Of a DNA stretch of 64,000 bases, positions 13,331 to 25,854 are shown one piece after another. Made by a program: the position numbers and the translations under genes. The stretch is taken from positions 96,377,365 to 96,441,364 of the forward strand of contig NC_068981.1 in the NCBI RefSeq assembly GCF_001194135.2. Reading direction: 5' to 3'. This DNA is from Octopus bimaculoides. Taxonomy: Eukaryota. How positions within the stretch are numbered: the first letter of the stretch is position 1; each line of letters starts with the position of its first letter. A model generated the notes under the pieces. It was not told where the DNA came from and searched no databases. It saw only the letters and a program-made list of their open reading frames with translations.

Positions 13331-14437
13331 AATATAATCGGTATTTTGTTACATCCCTTTATATTCGGAATGTGTGTACTCCTGTACATGAACTGAAATA
13401 ACTCCTATGATAATACCAAACGTCGAAGTTTCTGATCAGGATGCCCACATAAAATGGATTTTCTCCGTTTTCACCACAGACTTTGAAACCATGAGGGGGC
13501 ATCCTTTTATGAAAAAATGTTTGAAAATTAATGATTTTTTTTTGTTATTTTACACATCCTCCTCTGTCCTTTTCACTCCTACTACGGACCAATTTTGGCC
13601 TTTTTTTTTTTTTTTTTTTTGCACTATGCATTTAAAAACCATGGGAGAAACCTTTTTCGGTAGGAAAAAAAAAGTATCTTATTTGTTTGGCTGCCAGCAT
13701 TTCAAAAATAAAAATTTTTAAATTTGGCACATTAATGTACTTTTCCAAAGTGAATTGCTGGAGTTATTTCACTTTTTCCAGAAAAATGCATTTAAAAAGT
13801 TATAGAAGTTTAAAATTTGATCATTTTCACCCAATCAGGAAACAGGATTTGGAAGCTGTTATTTTATGTGTGACTACACATTTTGTTTACAACATACTGA
13901 AAATNNNNNNNNNNTTCCAAAGTGAATTGCTGGAGTTATTTCACTTTTTCCAGAAAAATGCATTTAAAAAGTTATAGAAGTTTAAAATTTGATCATTTTC
14001 ACCCAATCAGGAAACAGGATTTGGAAGCTGTTATTTTATGTGTGACTACACATTTTGTTTACAACATACTGAAAATAGAATATGTTGTCAATATTTGTAT
14101 TCGATATATGGAAAACAACATATATTTTGTAGTTTGAAGCATTCAATATGCATTTAATGTGATAGCACAAACTTAAAAGATTTATCCAAAAACGTTATTT
14201 AGCTGTTATTTTTAGCACACCTCACAACCACCTCAATGACAAAAAAAAAGTAAAGAACATGTCTTTTGTAGTTTTAAGCATTCAATATGCATTTAATGCG
14301 ATAAACAACACATTACATGCAATAAGCAACACATTACATACAAATTAAATATGCTTAACAAACAAACATTTAAGCATTAATACAAACTTAAAAGTTTTAT
14401 CCTAAAAACAAAATAGCACATTATGAGATAAATATTT

Positions 14438-15185
14438 TTAAAATTGAAAATGAATGTTAGAAATGCATTCAATCGATTTCTCGAACAAATTACAATTTTC
14501 ATATCTTCTGCGTCCAGGGCCAGCTCAAAGTACCAGCAGTCTCCCAGGGCACCATGTGCTAGGGGGCACTAAGGAGGGCATGACAAGGAAATTTCCTCGA
14601 CCATCAGCTTGTACATGCCGAAGTTGAAGTTCAGCTTGCCCAGGGCACCAGTAACCTTAGAGCTGGCCCTGCCTGCGCCACATAAATTCATAGAGATATT
14701 AATCTACCATAGAACAGTGAGTGCCGCAGTATCATTTATTACCTCACTTTACAAAGGCCCATGTACTCTCCACTTATTGAGTGTGGGTACTATCTTTTGA
14801 GTTAAAAGATCTAACACTGTGGTTCACCGTTCTATGCTCAAAATTGTAACTATCAATTTCAGGAATGTGAGAGTACACCCTCCACAAATCGCTGAAAATT
14901 GTGGTTCCTGGAAGAATCAAGTGACGTATGCATTCTTCCAGTGTGTCACGATTCTGACATGGCACCAAATGCAGAAGAACCTGTCTAGTCTTGTGATACA
15001 CTCCTCCAAAACCGCACTGCTCAGGTAGGACCCTTCTTTGGTTGTACTTACGTCTTTAGAAGACTGTTTCATTGATCTCAACAATCTTCCCAGGACCACC
15101 ACAATTTTCTTTTTGGTATAACACCCTTTTCTTGCAGGTACAACATAGCACCCTCCTCTGTCTTCGGTGTCTCTATCATAGACAT
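14438..15185 (-). mobile_element. Merlin / IS1595(ISXO2)-like DDE transposase pseudogene, internally deleted
   Basis: Frameshifted translation: MSMIETPKTEEGAMLYLQEKGVIP / GGPGKIVEINETVF*RRKYNQRR...FGGV / ILPGTTIFSDLWRVY...HRTVNHS...HTQ*VESTW / YLYEFMWRRRYENCNLFEK...*. Confidence 0.85.
14515..14671. mobile_element. 157-bp hAT-type MITE inserted in the Merlin transposase
   Basis: 12-bp perfect TIR cagggccagctc / gagctggccctg. 8-bp TSD tctgcgtc / cctgcgcc (6/8 match). Confidence 0.8.
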
Positions 15186-15688
15186 GAGGTTAAAAGATCT
15201 GAAAAAAAATTTGAAAATATTTTCAGATGAAAAGGTGAGTGAGTTAAATAAGATTTGGCTTTTGTTTCTAGCACATCCGACAGCCACCTTCCACATTTGT
15301 CACTCTCATGTATTGATGCATTTTTATATTTTTCTCCCCAAAAGCATATTTTATGGAAAGAAGATGATTATGGAATGTTTAGTTCAAAAGTGGTCCATTG
15401 CTCTGATTTAAATAACAAAAAGATTAAAATTAAAATTTTTAAAGCCCCTTTATCAGCACCACCAAGCGAGTGTATGTGTATGTGTGTGTGTTTGTGTGTG
15501 TGTAAGAAAAAACATATTTACTAACGCTATTAAAATAAATGATCCTTTACATATCTTTTTTAAATTACTGGGGATAAATCCCAGCAATGACCTTCTCAGG
15601 CTCTCCAATATTTTAAAATTATAGACAAACAATAGCAGAGGGCAGAGAATGTTGAAAAAAAATAATAATTTTCAAAAAATTTTTCTTA

Positions 15689-16044
15689 GGAGTAGCTTGC
15701 TTACCAACCACATGGTTCTGGGTTCAGTCCCACTGCGTGGCACCTTGGGCAAGTGTCTTCTACTATAGCCTCAGGCTGACCAAAGCCTTGTGAATGGATT
15801 TGGTAGACGGAAACTGAAAGAAGCCCATTGTATACATGTATATGTATGTGTATGTGTGTGTTTGTGTGTCTGTGTTTGTCCCCCCAACATCGCTTGACAT
15901 CCAATGCTGGTGTGTTTACGTCCCCGTAAATTAGCAGTTCGGCAAAAGAGACCGATAAAATAAGTTCTAGGCTTACAGAGAATAAGTCCTGGAGTCGATT
16001 TGCTCGACTAAAGGCTCCAAATAACTGAAACAAGTAAAGAGTAA
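15689..16044 (+). mobile_element. SINE family A, near full length
   Basis: Reverse complement of the 2713-3300 element. Confidence 0.85.
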
Positions 16045-16631
16045 TAGTGTTAATGTGTTTATGGGGAAATANNNNNNNNNNNNNNNNNNNNNNNNNNNNN
16101 NNNNNNNNNNNNNNNNNNNNNNNNNNNNNNNNNNNNNNNNNNNNNNNNNNNNNNNNNNNNNNNNNNNNNNNNNNNNNNNNNNNNNNNNNNNNNNNNNNNN
16201 NNNNNNNNNNNNNNNNNNNNNNNNNNNNNNNNNNNNNNNNNNNNNNNNNNNNNNNNNNNNNNNNNNNNNNNNNNNNNNNNNNNNNNNNNNNNNNNNNNNN
16301 NNNNNNNNNNNNNNNNNNNNNNNNNNNNNNNNNNNNNNNNNNNNNNNNNNNNNNNNNNNNNNNNNNNNNNNNNNNNNNNNNNNNNNNNNNNNNNNNNNNN
16401 NNNNNNNNNNNNNNNNNNNNNNNNNNNNNNNNNNNNNNNNNNNNNNNNNNNNNNNNNNNNNNNNNNNNNNNNNNNNNNNNNNNNNNNNNNNNNNNNNNNN
16501 NNNNNNNNNNNNNNNNNNNNNNNNNNNNNNNNNNNNNNNNNNNNNNNNNNNNNNNNNNNNNNNNNNNNNNNNNNNNNNNNNNNNNNNNNNNNNNNNNNNN
16601 NNNNNNNNNNNNNNNNNNNNNNNNNNNNNNN

Positions 16632-16890
16632 ACACGTGTACCCTTAACGTAGTTCTCGGGGATATTCAACATGACACAGTGTGACAAGGCTGACCCTTTG
16701 AATTACAGGCACAACAGAAACGGGAAGTAAGAGTGAGAGAAAGTTGTGGTGAAAGAGTACAGCAGGGTTCGCCACCATCCCCTGCTGGAGCCTCGTGGAG
16801 CTTTAGGTGTTTTTGCTCAATAAACACTCATAATGCCCAGTCTGGGAATCAAAACTGCGATCCTAACCACTGAGCCATTGCGCCTCCACA
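16632..16890 (-). mobile_element. tRNA-derived SINE family B
   Basis: Minus head tgtggaggcgcaatggctcagtggttagg has an A-box. The body is shared with 48768-49040 (+). Confidence 0.7.
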
Positions 16891-17529
16891 CAGACCTACC
16901 TACACAGGAGCTAAATCTCCATCCTGCTGCCATTTTATTTATTCACTATTATATATTATTTTACAATACACTCATGTTATGAAACTGATCTCAAAAGACC
17001 TACTGGTTACTTAAAATAACTGAAACTGCTCTTTTACAAGAGGTGTGCCAAAAAGTTCCCAGCTATCGTGAAAGGCTTGGTTGGAGGCCCAACATTCCAA
17101 TTTTTTTTTACAGGGCTTAGAAAAACTGAAGGACCACTGCAGTAAGTGTGTGAATCTGAGAGGGGAATATGTTGAATAAAATCATAATTAACTGATCCTC
17201 CTGTATTTTCTTTTACCCAAAGTAAAGAGCTTTTCACCCTCTGATATCTTATAATATTTTTATCTTTTACATGTTTCAGTCATTTGACTGCATCCATGCT
17301 GACGCACCACTTTCAAGAGTTTAATCGAATAAATCAACCCAGATACTAAAGTATAATAAAGTACAGACTTAAGTATTGTGAAGTTGACACATTGCACAGA
17401 TCATGGGAGTAAGACGGACTGAAATGAACCAAACCATATGGGATGAACAATTAAACATTAAACAAATAAAATGAAATAAAATGAAGTATACTATAACTGC
17501 AAGAAAATAAACATGAGGAGATATATTTT

Positions 17530-17611
17530 GATAGATCATCTGAAGATGATGTGGTTGATGATGAATATAAGTATTGATTATTGACTACTGAAACATTTGT
17601 AATGAAGTATC
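17530..17611 (+). ncRNA. Degenerate type-I hammerhead motif
   Basis: GAUA-GA-UCAU CUGAAGA UGAU [12-bp stem GUGGUUGAUGAU/AUUAUUGACUAC] U GAAA C AUUU G UA AUGA-AG-UAUC. The stem II junction has extra unpaired nucleotides. Confidence 0.5.
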
Positions 17612-17660
17612 TGAAATATCAACAATTTGTCTTCTGTCCTTTGAAACGTACGTACATACA

Positions 17661-17744
17661 AGACACTGTAAAGCTAAGCACTTTGTGGACGTAAAAACTG
17701 GGGTAACCCCATAGACCAGCCATAACTATCTTTATCTAAATATA

Positions 17745-17803
<59 letters not shown>

Positions 17804-19029
17804 GTATGTATGTATGTGTATATATGTGTGTGTATACATACATACGTATGTATGTATATATACACACACATATAATCACATATATACATACATACATAAA
17901 TACACATATACACACACACACATATATATCATCATCATCGTTTAACGTCCACTTTCCATGGGTTGGATGATTTGACTGAGGACTGGCGAACCAGATGGCT
18001 ACATCAGGCTCCAATCTTATCTGGCAGAGTTTCTACAGCTGGATGCCCTTCCTAACGCCAACCACTCCAAGAGTGTACTGGGTGCTTTTACGTGCCGCTG
18101 GCACAAGGGCCAGTCAGGCGGTACTGGCAGTGGCTATGCTCAAAATGCTGTTTTTTACATGCCACCTGCACAGGAGCCAGTCCAGTAGCACTGGCAACGA
18201 CCTCGCTCGAATGTTTTTCATGTGCCACCAGCACAAGTGCCAGTAAGGCGACACTGGTAACGATCACACTCAAATGGTGCTATTTATATGCCACTGGTAC
18301 AGAAGCCAGACAGCTGCTCTGGCAATGATCACACTCAGACAGTGCTGTTAGTGCTCCACTGTCACAGGTCCCAGTCATCGAATTTGGTTCAATTACAATT
18401 TCGATTTCACTTGCCCCAACAGGTCTTTGCAAGCTTAGTTTAGTGTCCAATGAAGGCGAGATTGGCATGGGTGCCAGTCGTCGAATTTGGTTCGATTTCG
18501 ATTTCACTTGCTTAAACAGGTCTTCGCAAGCAGAGTTTAGTGTCCAATGAGGGAAAAGTACGCATAAGTGGGCTGGCTACACCCCTGGCAGAGGCCACGG
18601 ATTATGGTCTCACTTGGCTTGCTGGGTCTTCCCACGCACTGCATATTTCCAAAGGTCTCGGTCACTAGTCATTGCCTCGGTGAGGCCCAATGTTCGAAGG
18701 TCGTGCTTCACCACCTCATCCCAGGTCTTCCTGGGTCTACCTCTTCCACAGGTTCCCTCAACCACTAGAGTGTGGCACTTTTTCACACAGCCATCCTCAC
18801 CCCTGAGGGTGTGGGAGGTATGGGCCCGTGAGACCCTGGGACAGGGGACAGCAGCATCATGTACCTGAAAAGAAAGCTCGCATTTGGCAGAATTCATAAA
18901 CAAGCAGTAGCCTTCAATTCAAATATATACATATATATATATGAATATATTTAGATAAAGATAGTTATGGCTGGTCTATGGGGTTACCCCAGTTTTTACG
19001 TCCACAAAGTGCTTAGCTTTACAGTGTCT
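17661..19029. repeat. ~90-bp perfect inverted repeat arms (17661-17750 and 18939-19029) bracketing 1.2 kb
   Basis: agacactgtaaagctaagc...tatattcata is the exact reverse complement of the right arm. Confidence 0.95.
17928..18806 (-). mobile_element. 5'-truncated RTE-clade LINE (ORF end + 3' UTR + (GAT)n tail)
   Basis: EDGCVKKCHTLVVEGTCGRGRPRKTWDEVVKHDLRTLGL...DRDLWK is the RTE C-terminal signature. The (GAT)n tail is at 17928-17940. Confidence 0.9.
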
Positions 19030-19535
19030 CATCAGACCCTAATGGCTGGTGGCCTATAACCTCTCTTCAAAGTGGAGGCAAAAAAGACCTCATGGCTAGT
19101 TTTTGAACACACAAAGAAGAGTTAAGTGCAAGGGGTTGTCTCTCTTAGACCATTATCTGCAGTCCAACCCGTCAGCTTGTGGGTCCCAGGATTTCAGTAG
19201 GAATCTCCTGAAGTGTAAGCAAGGTCTAAGACATCTGTCCTTGAATTTAAGATGTTCCCCGGGTTCAGGGAGTTCTCTAATATCCTCCCCTGTTCAGCTA
19301 TGCACAGCTAACAATGCTTGCTCTCATTGATGTAGGGGCCCAGCTTTTCTAGAATCTTCCGTGGAGTCCCTTCAACCTTCAGGCACCACACATGGCTCAC
19401 CAAAGACAGGGCATATCATCTCTCTGGAATCCAAAACAAGGATCTGTGGTTGGAGAGGTGCTGCTTGAAGGTGTTCCCAGAAAATCTAATGTATCTTTGA
19501 ATACTGCCGCTGTTGATATTGACACTGCACTTCCA
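18973..19535 (-). mobile_element. Penelope-like element 3' remnant: GIY-YIG endonuclease C-half + 3' UTR with decayed hammerhead
   Basis: Minus frame reads KCSVNINSGSIQRYIRFSGNTFKQHLSNHRS...*YALSLVSHVWCLK...KILEKLGPYINESKHC*LCIAE...ILNSRTDV. This matches the PLE GIY-YIG pattern YIG...TFKxRxxNH...LSxHVWxLK...C-x-LC...LNxR. Confidence 0.8.
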
Positions 19536-20646
19536 CTGTTGTTGATGTTGTTACTGTTGCTATTGGTGTCATTAATGCTGGTGTAGAGGACATCATCGGT
19601 AACAGGGCTGGTGCTGCTATTGCCATTGTACCTATGGGATTGTGTAAAGTGCTTATCTACTAGCCTAAGGAATATCTTACCTACACACGTTCTTTTATTG
19701 AAAGAGAATTAGCATACACTTTCATTCGGTTCTCACCAACTCTCAAATCACACTTTTGGTTTTGTTGTTTATTGGCTTCAACAAGTTTAATAAACTAAGT
19801 AAAGATAGTCAATGTGTGAGCCAAGATCATAACTCATCTCATTATAAAATATTTATCTTGGTTGGTCAAACAAAGGAATACTTCGAGATTCACAAGTTAA
19901 AAATGAGTACCACAATGACTTAGATTAAATATCATCATATGATTGTTATGTAGTTATGATCATATGGAGCACACTGCCTCAAGATTAAATCATAAAAAAT
20001 ATGTAGTCCTTATTTTAGAGATGGCTGGAAATTTGTTTAAGGAAAGTTGAGTGCTGCATTGAATATGTTGAGGGATTAAAAAAAGCTTCTTTACTAAGTT
20101 ATAATAAGCATTATCAATATATTATAATCCAATCTGCCAATTATACTTCAACAAAACCTGGTAGAGGACCTTGACAAAATATAAGCTTAACTCTCAGGTT
20201 TCTGCTTTTTTTCTCTTCAACATCTTCAGTGATATCAATTTGATGAAACAATAGGTGGAATCAATAAACTACTTCCCTGTGCTAAAATGGCATGGTGATT
20301 CATAAACCATAAATCAATGATTTTTCTTTTTGCTTTACACTGAAAGCTTTCAGACTACAAATCAAATACCAATAACTTTGATACACCAAATTTTACTAGT
20401 TCTTCATTTTTAATCAATTCTGTAACTTATTTTATCAGTAACTGAGAGATGAAAGACTGGTTTGATCCAGATGAGATTTGACATGCAAAACCACAGGCTC
20501 TGAAATTTTGCACTAGTGAATTGGAAAAAATTCTGTTTCTATATCTCTATCAATTCATCTGCCACAGAGTTATGTTTCGTATTAGTTGTAGGGGGGAGGC
20601 ATATGCATGCATGCATGTGTGGTTTCAGACCTCCTTGAAAAGATTT

Positions 20647-20694
<48 letters not shown>

Positions 20695-21911
20695 TTGCTC
20701 CATTTTTATTTCTAAGACAAGTTCATTCTCAGGTACATTTAATCCTCTTAAGATAAGTTCTTTATTTTTGCAAAAACATCTGAATTGTATCATGAAAATT
20801 GTTCATAAAACAATTATTCAAAAAACAGTTATTTGAAATAAATATCATTTGTGTACTTGATTTTTAATTTTAACATTTTTGTTTAAATAAAGTAAAAAAT
20901 TTAGAATAATTAAAATTTCGTATAATTGTCCTTTTGAATAATTTTCATTCATACAATTTTCCAATCGAATAAATGTTTTTCGATTAATTGTTTTCGAATA
21001 ATTGTTTTCAAACAGTTATTTTCAAACGATATTCACATAATCATTTGAATTATTAATATGAAGTTAGTTCTGTTTTGTCACATCTGTATTTCTTGTTAAG
21101 AACACTCACATGGAAATATTACTCAGATCTCCATAATGTTTTCCTCTTTGCCATTATGATAGAAATGCTCCCATATTAACTATTCAGAACAATTTTATTG
21201 AAACCTTTATGAAGGAGACTGTTTTCAATGTTTCTTACTATACAGGTGAACTAATTTACAAGTAATTTCAGGAACAACTAAATCAGTTGTGTTTTATATG
21301 TGGAACATGTGATTTGCTAGGTGTTATGGTGCAGAGTAAATTATTGTATATACTCAGATGTAGTATATTAACTATTATGACAATGAGAGACAGAGTTGCT
21401 TCTACTGCTGATGTTGTTGTTGTTATCATAATCAGTAGCAGTGGTGATAGTAGTACCATTGACAACAATGATGATAGTGATGACAACAATGGTAGTGGCA
21501 GCAGCAATGGCAATGACAATATTGTCATTACTGTTGCTGTTTTGGAGGATGCTGCTTCTGCAATCAAAAAGCCCTGGTCTATTCTGTTAGAGCAGACTTT
21601 TGGCATGAAGGATCAGTCTATTGCCTAGATCAGCCGATCAATTCTACATTTTGGACATACAGATATAGAGTGTTCTAGATATTGGCTGAACTTTAGTTAG
21701 CATTCAAACTGTGATGTGACCATCTCCACTTTATTGTAAGTGTACTTTCTCATAATTTAAGACACTATGTGGTTTCTGTCTTAAAAGTGGTAAAGAATGT
21801 CTCAAGAGACATTTAACTGCTGAACTGAGCAGACCAAGTTTACAATACAGAAGCTCATTTTAAGGCCAAGAGCATGGAGTATATGAAGTCAGCAATTTAT
21901 TGGAAGACTCT

Positions 21912-22160
21912 CTTTTACTCTTTGTTTCAGTCATTTGACTGTGGCCATGCTGGAGCACCACCTTCAGTCAAGCAAATCGACCCCAGGACTTATTCTTTGT
22001 AAGCCTAGTACTTATTCTATCGGTGTCTTTTGCTAAACCGCTAAGTTATGAGGACGTAAACACACCAGCATCAGTTGTGAAGCAATGTTGGGGTGTGGAG
22101 GGAGGGGAAAACACAGACACACAAACGCACACATATATATATATACATATACATATATAC
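21912..22160 (-). mobile_element. SINE family A 3' half
   Basis: Matches 2713-2940. Confidence 0.8.
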
Positions 22161-22598
22161 GACGTTATGGTTAGTCAGAGAGTGACCATTGCTTAACCAT
22201 GTAGGTGACTCGTCAGACTCAAATTCCTGAAGGTGCATAACCTCTCTACAGCTGGAGGGAGGAAGATGTCACGCTCAGTTAAGCTTTGTAAACGAAAAAA
22301 TATATATCCAGAGTTGTGTTACAGGCAGCACAAGGTATCTCTCTTACATTGGTTCCAGCCATATTGATATTCGAAGATAATACCATGGTCCTATTCTACA
22401 AATAGGGAATTCTAAACTTATAGCAGGAAACATCCTAGATGAGGGCATTTTTGTTTACAAAACTAACTGACCATGATGTCTTCCTCCCTCCAGTTATAGA
22501 GAGATTATGTGTCTTCAGCCATTTGAGTATGACAAGTCATGTATGTTTTAGAGTATGCTTTAAAGTATGCTTCTTTTTTTGGATATATGTACTACTGT

Positions 22599-22639
<41 letters not shown>

Positions 22640-23500
22640 NNNNNNNNNNNNNNNNNNNNNNNNNNNNNNNNNNNNNNNNNNNNNNNNNNNNNNNNNNNNN
22701 NNNNNNNNNNNNNNNNNNNNNNNNNNNNNNNNNNNNNNNNNNNNNNNNNNNNNNNNNNNNNNNNNNNNNNNNNNNNNNNNNNNNNNNNNNNNNNNNNNNN
22801 NNNNNNNNNNNNNNNNNNNNNNNNNNNNNNNNNNNNNNNNNNNNNNNNNNNNNNNNNNNNNNNNNNNNNNNNNNNNNNNNNNNNNNNNNNNNNNNNNNNN
22901 NNNNNNNNNNNNNNNNNNNNNNNNNNNNNNNNNNNNNNNNNNNNNNNNNNNNNNNNNNNNNNNNNNNNNNNNNNNNNNNNNNNNNNNNNNNNNNNNNNNN
23001 NNNNNNNNNNNNNNNNNNNNNNNNNNNNNNNNNNNNNNNNNNNNNNNNNNNNNNNNNNNNNNNNNNNNNNNNNNNNNNNNNNNNNNNNNNNNNNNNNNNN
23101 NNNNNNNNNNNNNNNNNNNNNNNNNNNNNNNNNNNNNNNNNNNNNNNNNNNNNNNNNNNNNNNNNNNNNNNNNNNNNNNNNNNNNNNNNNNNNNNNNNNN
23201 NNNNNNNNNNNNNNNNNNNNNNNNNNNNNNNNNNNNNNNNNNNNNNNNNNNNNNNNNNNNNNNNNNNNNNNNNNNNNNNNNNNNNNNNNNNNNNNNNNNN
23301 NNNNNNNNNNNNNNNNNNNNNNNNNNNNNNNNNNNNNNNNNNNNNNNNNNNNNNNNNNNNNNNNNNNNNNNNNNNNNNNNNNNNNNATTTTCTACAAAAA
23401 TCATGAAATAATGTCAATATTGAATTCAGGGGCTCTAGATAGGGTGTAAAGTTTAAGGATATTAAGTATATTGGGTTCATGAAAACTATTTTGAATTATC

Positions 23501-23552
<52 letters not shown>

Positions 23553-24561
23553 TCACACACACACACACACACATGCAACAGGTTTCACTCCTAAGACATT
23601 GGTCAACCCAAGGCTATAGTAGAAGGCACCTGCCCAAGGTCCTGCACCTATGTTTAACCAAACAGCAATTCAGAGTTCAGAGTCTTCTGCTGTCAAAGGA
23701 AAGTGTCTCTAAATGTGTCATCTCCTCTTATTGTTCTTACCACAAATGAGGTAAGAATGATTTTATGGGAAGAAAGAAATAACATCCTACTACACCCCAA
23801 CAACAATGAAAATGGTGGCAAGTAAACAAGCTAATGCGTGGTATAGATGTATGCTAGGAAATTTAGAAATTCCTAACTAACTGAGAACTAGATTTGACAA
23901 AGTAAAGTAACAATCAACGCTGATACAGTTCTTTCAACAATACCATGTGCAGTACAGAGCCACAAACTATGCAACATCTGTTAAGATATCATCATATGAA
24001 AGAACCATGCATTTTTGCTGACTATAAAATGCTCAATGAAGATGTAGAGAAATGTTTTCAGTAGATTCAATAAAAAAAAATTAATTAAAAAAATAAGCAG
24101 TTTGCTTAGATCTTTCTACTACCATAAAAAATTTAAACTATTTCAAAAATATAACGATTTGGATTTCATCTCAAGCTGCATATTTTAATATGCAGTTCAC
24201 TGAGAATGCAGAGAAATCTGTTCAGCTTTAATTTTAAAAAAAATTAACAGACTCAATAAAAATATCTAGTAGATATTTGAATCTTTAAAAGGCTTTTCTC
24301 TACAGTTTGTCATGGAGAACAATTCTTGCTTGAGACAAAAAAGATGTAAAACACCTATTTGAACTGGTATTAAATTAAATAAATACTTTTCTAAGGTCTT
24401 TCTACTGCCATAAAAATATTAAATAAGTCTATTATTGCAAAAATATGCAGTGGGTTTAATCTTAAGTTGTACATTAACGCCTGAGTTTTTAAATTTATCT
24501 TATCCATCAACTTCATATTCTCATTTCAGACAGCTGTGAAATCAAGGTGGTACAGTTATTG

Positions 24562-24763
24562 GTTTCAAATTTTGACACAAGGCCAACAATTTCAGGGAAG
24601 GAGTAAGTTGATTACATCGACCTCAGTACTCAACTGGTACTTATTTTATCAATCCTGAAAGGATGAAAGGCAAAGTGGACCTCGGCAGAATTTGAGTCAG
24701 ACAAAATTCCACAAAACATTTTGTCCAGTATATTAACAATTCTACCAAGCTTGCCACTTTAAA
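24562..24763 (-). mobile_element. tRNA-derived SINE family C with 15-bp target-site duplication
   Basis: Body is shared with 31520-31740. gtggtacagttattg flanks both sides (24547-24561 and 24764-24778). Confidence 0.8.
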
Positions 24764-25728
24764 GTGGTACAGTTATTGCTATGATTATTCCCGTCAATTT
24801 GGGATCACTTTTACTTTTCTTCCAATTCTAATCTCCTCGTTTTCGACAACAGATGCCTCTGCTCTTCTGAGCTGACTAGTCTCATGGAACCTCTATTCAG
24901 ACATTACTCACTCAACTGTCTCCCACCACCCACTCTTCACCAATATTGTGACCATTTCCCACTCCTCAGACCCATACAAACTATTTTATCTAGTCCCTCA
25001 TCCCCAGAATGATTTGCTCATATTTTAATAGCAGTCCATCAAATTGCAATTCTTTAACAGGAACATTAACTGCTTCGAACTCACCAAAATGGTAGAGCCT
25101 ACACAGACCATGAGTATACCTTCTTCTTCCAGACTGATCCAAAAAAAAAAAAAGTCTGAAACTAAATTAAATCATTTTCTTATTTCAGACTGATAAGTTA
25201 CATTCAGTTAACTGAATGAGATGGTCCAGCTATTTCTCTCTTATTGTTTGAGAACAACAGTGTTATTGGTTATTTGTGCTGAATCAGGTTATTTATTTAT
25301 TTAATTTCATATCATGTATTTTGTGGACAATAGCTTGCTATTTACAAGTTTAGAATGGACCAATTACTGATTCAGTGCATTTATCTTTGCAAGAGAGACA
25401 AGGGAATCGGGATGTTTGTAACTCAGTGGACTTCATTCAAAGAACATTGGCTTTTTACCAATGTTTACATCCTTCACCAATGTACAGCAAAAGATATGCA
25501 CATACATACATACATACATACATACATACATGCATGCATGCAGACATATATACATACATAGATATGTATTTATGTATATACACACACACATGCATACATT
25601 CAGGTGAGTTTATATATACATATANNNNNNNNNNNNNNNNNNNNNNNNNNNNNNNNNNNNNNNNNNNNNNNNNNNNNNNNNNNNNNNNNNNNNNNNNNNN
25701 NNNNNNNNNNNNNNNNNNNNNNNNNNNA

Positions 25729-25766
<38 letters not shown>

Positions 25767-25780
25767 GTGTGTATCTATGC

Positions 25781-25816
<36 letters not shown>

Positions 25817-25854
25817 GTATCTATGCATATATATATATATATATATATATATTC

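Noticed and set aside
13743-14076. 162-bp exact direct repeat
   Set aside because: The copies directly flank a 10-N gap, so this is most likely unmerged contig overlap. The same pattern occurs at 32509-32582.
22185-22260. Minus-strand CUGACGA-GUC...GAC as a hammerhead
   Set aside because: No GAAA follows the stem and no stem I partner exists.
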